A stretch of DNA of 7,181 bases from Selaginella moellendorffii (taxonomy: Eukaryota; Plantae; Lycopodiophyta). This document shows positions 4,876 through 7,181 of the stretch, one piece after another (the first letter of the stretch is position 1; the number at the start of each line of letters is the position of its first letter). The DNA lies in NCBI RefSeq assembly GCF_000143415.4, contig NW_003314347.1, forward strand, positions 260,435 through 267,615, in the 5' to 3' direction. The notes below the pieces were generated by a model. It was not told the origin of the DNA, ran no database searches, and saw only the letters and a program-made list of their open reading frames with translations. Position numbers and translations under genes: made by a program.

Positions 4876-7181
4876 CGAAGCCAGTCTGCCTTTACTGGCC
4901 CAAACTCAAAGATCAATAAATGGACAATATCAAAGTCAGAGACAATGATATCTTAGAAGCTGAATTATCAGTGATTATATCTTAGATTAGAACACAAAAG
5001 TATTCCAAGTAAGGTATCATCTGATAAACTAGTAGTATAGTGCAGGAACCACCAAGATCATCATAATTGGAAAACATAGGATTCACTATCCAACAAAATT
5101 CAATAGCTAGTGTATCATCAAGAACACTTAATGATAAAACATAACTATCAAAGATAGCAGACAGTAAGCCAACAACTTACTAGAGATAACTCAAAGAACA
5201 CAAAGTATCATTGACTGACAGGCACAATGCTCACGAATGTATCACCCGAAGGAAATAACATCCCAACCTATCAGAACTAACTCGAGCAATAATCAACAGA
5301 ACAGAATGAATGCGGTAAGACCAACAAACACCCATTCATGCCAACTATCACACTAGCCAATCCAAATAGATCGCAGCCAACAACACCAAGGAACTCAAGT
5401 TGCCTAAGCAAGTGTTAGCAACATCATTTTGATGTCTCAAACCCAAGAGACCAATCCAAAGCAAATCACAAAGAACATGTGATATTGCGAAAAGCCACAA
5501 GCCATCAAAGAGAACAAATAACCACCATAAAAGATCATCAATCATCCTATCAATAGAGAAATGCATAATCATCATCGAAAAAAGAATCTACTATCCCGAA
5601 GAATAGCAAATCATTCTATACCAACAATAATCAAGCAAAACCCTTGACAAGGATAATCAACTATCTTAGATGATAGTCAATCATCACCAATGATTGCTAG
5701 ATGCAAATACTAACGTCAACATTGAAACTAATGAGCCAAAATGTCTTCCCCAACAACTTCTAACAAATGGAACAATGAGCATAAAACTCAAAGAACCAAA
5801 AGCTCGAAGAAGTCTATAGCCAAGTCTTGCCTAATAATGATCACGAGTCTCGCATGGACTAACGTCAATGCTAAAGAAGAAATCATGGTACAACCCACAA
5901 TATCCTCCTCAACACATCTATAAGCTAAACTTCATAATGCAAAGCTAATGAAGAGCATGTCTGCATCAATCCAAAAGCTAAACATAACGAAGCTATGCTT
6001 GACAAGTGATCATCAAGCGATCCTCCATGAATCCATCTATAGCAAGACGTAACTCACATCATAACAAGCACAAGAAGAATCATCAATGATTGATATATTT
6101 CAACTCAAATCCAATAAGGATTCAAACATCCAATATCAATCACTAACTCTTCCGCTTGTAGAGTTAGCATAGTCCATGACTAAATCACTTTTCAAGGAAA
6201 AGCTGAAGCTCAACCCCTACTAAATAACCTTGTTTAGAACACAACTAACTCAAACTTGCCACTTAGTTCATTTGAACGTCAACATAGTTGCGAACTAGCA
6301 AATGTACGAATGCCAATAACACAAAGCCATAGCCAAATCATCAACACTATCTTCATTAAGACTAATGAAACTCGACATCAATCTTGCGGATAGACATCTC
6401 ATTTCACTGAAATCTCAACATCAACAATGTCAACGACAAGGCATCACCTCAGTGCCACCAACACTAGAACAAAGTTAGAAGAAAGCACGAGTGAATCACC
6501 ACTCAAAGCCTTCTAGCAACTAAGCTAACCAAAGTCAAAGACACTTAACTCAGTATCCGAGACCAATCCCTCAACAATACTCTGCTACAGATAACACTTC
6601 CTCAAGGAGTGAATCACCACGTCCAAGACTCAATGAAATCCAACATTATGAACTAAACGCAACCAAATGATATTGACAGAGATAGAGTCAACATGCCAAC
6701 ATGGAAAACCCATGTAAGTCTAACGACACGATCCTCCGCAACACCATCCGGCAAAGCAAGCCCATCACTGCTAAATCATCATCGAGTGAAGCAAGTGTCA
6801 TAGTCTTTCGACAAAGTTTACAAGCAATCACTAGTCACAAAGCAACTAACAATCACCCCTCAACTTGCCTTCACAAGACTCAAACACTAAACTCATGCCA
6901 TCAAGTCATATACTTGTCCAACATGAACGTGATACCCCAGGTCAAGATAAACGTTCATGGGCAAGCACAAACTAAATGACCACTCAACTCCAACTCAACC
7001 GTAATAAGCTTACTAATGCATTTAGCCAACAGCTCTGAGCATGCCTTGAAGAGGCTAGCTATGCATGATCAACACTCAGCCGAAACTAAAGTGAAGACCA
7101 TGAGATGGACTCATATCGGTACACAACCTCCTCATAGACAAAGCTATAATACGGGTACCAACATCTTAAACTCAAACAACT
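4876..7181 (-). mobile_element. LTR retrotransposon copy C: decayed 3' internal region, with no LTR visible in the window
   Basis: 4876-5311 is reverse-complement homologous (roughly 80-88% by eye) to 3446-3883. The rest has the same strong A/C-rich plus-strand skew as 1-1555 and no long ORFs. Assignment of 5312-7181 rests on continuity and composition only. Confidence 0.68.

Noticed and set aside
6489-6620. 14-nt direct repeat GAGTGAATCACCAC (6489-6502 and 6607-6620)
   Set aside because: The repeat is real, but it has only two copies, no homologous flanks and no TIRs between them. I cannot support it as a TSD or array.

Overview
This looks like plant-type repetitive genomic DNA from a draft assembly, with two N gaps (2511-2868 and 4776-4875), not a prokaryotic locus. 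None of the listed ORFs is a credible gene. Nearly the whole window can be explained as three nested or adjacent copies of one Ty3/gypsy, chromovirus-like (probably Tekay/Del-type) LTR retrotransposon family whose internal region has decayed. Copy A is on the minus strand: its 5' LTR runs 3440 to 1569, followed by a tRNA-iMet primer-binding site (1566-1556) and internal sequence with a faint reverse-transcriptase remnant running off the left edge. Copy B is on the plus strand: 3' internal region 3441-4370, polypurine tract 4371-4383, then an LTR from 4384 into the second gap. Copy A appears to have inserted into copy B in the opposite orientation. Copy C is a minus-strand 3' internal region at 4876-7181. 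The most unusual structure is an 870-bp inverted duplication (2419-3288 vs 3807-4676), identical at all 512 sequenced positions, between copies that are otherwise only about 80-88% identical. It is either a recent templated repair event that created a hairpin-RNA-capable locus, or an assembly artefact. The LTR 3' end carries a tandem G-box/ABRE array and a perfect 12-bp hairpin. I found no evidence for a new protein-coding system.
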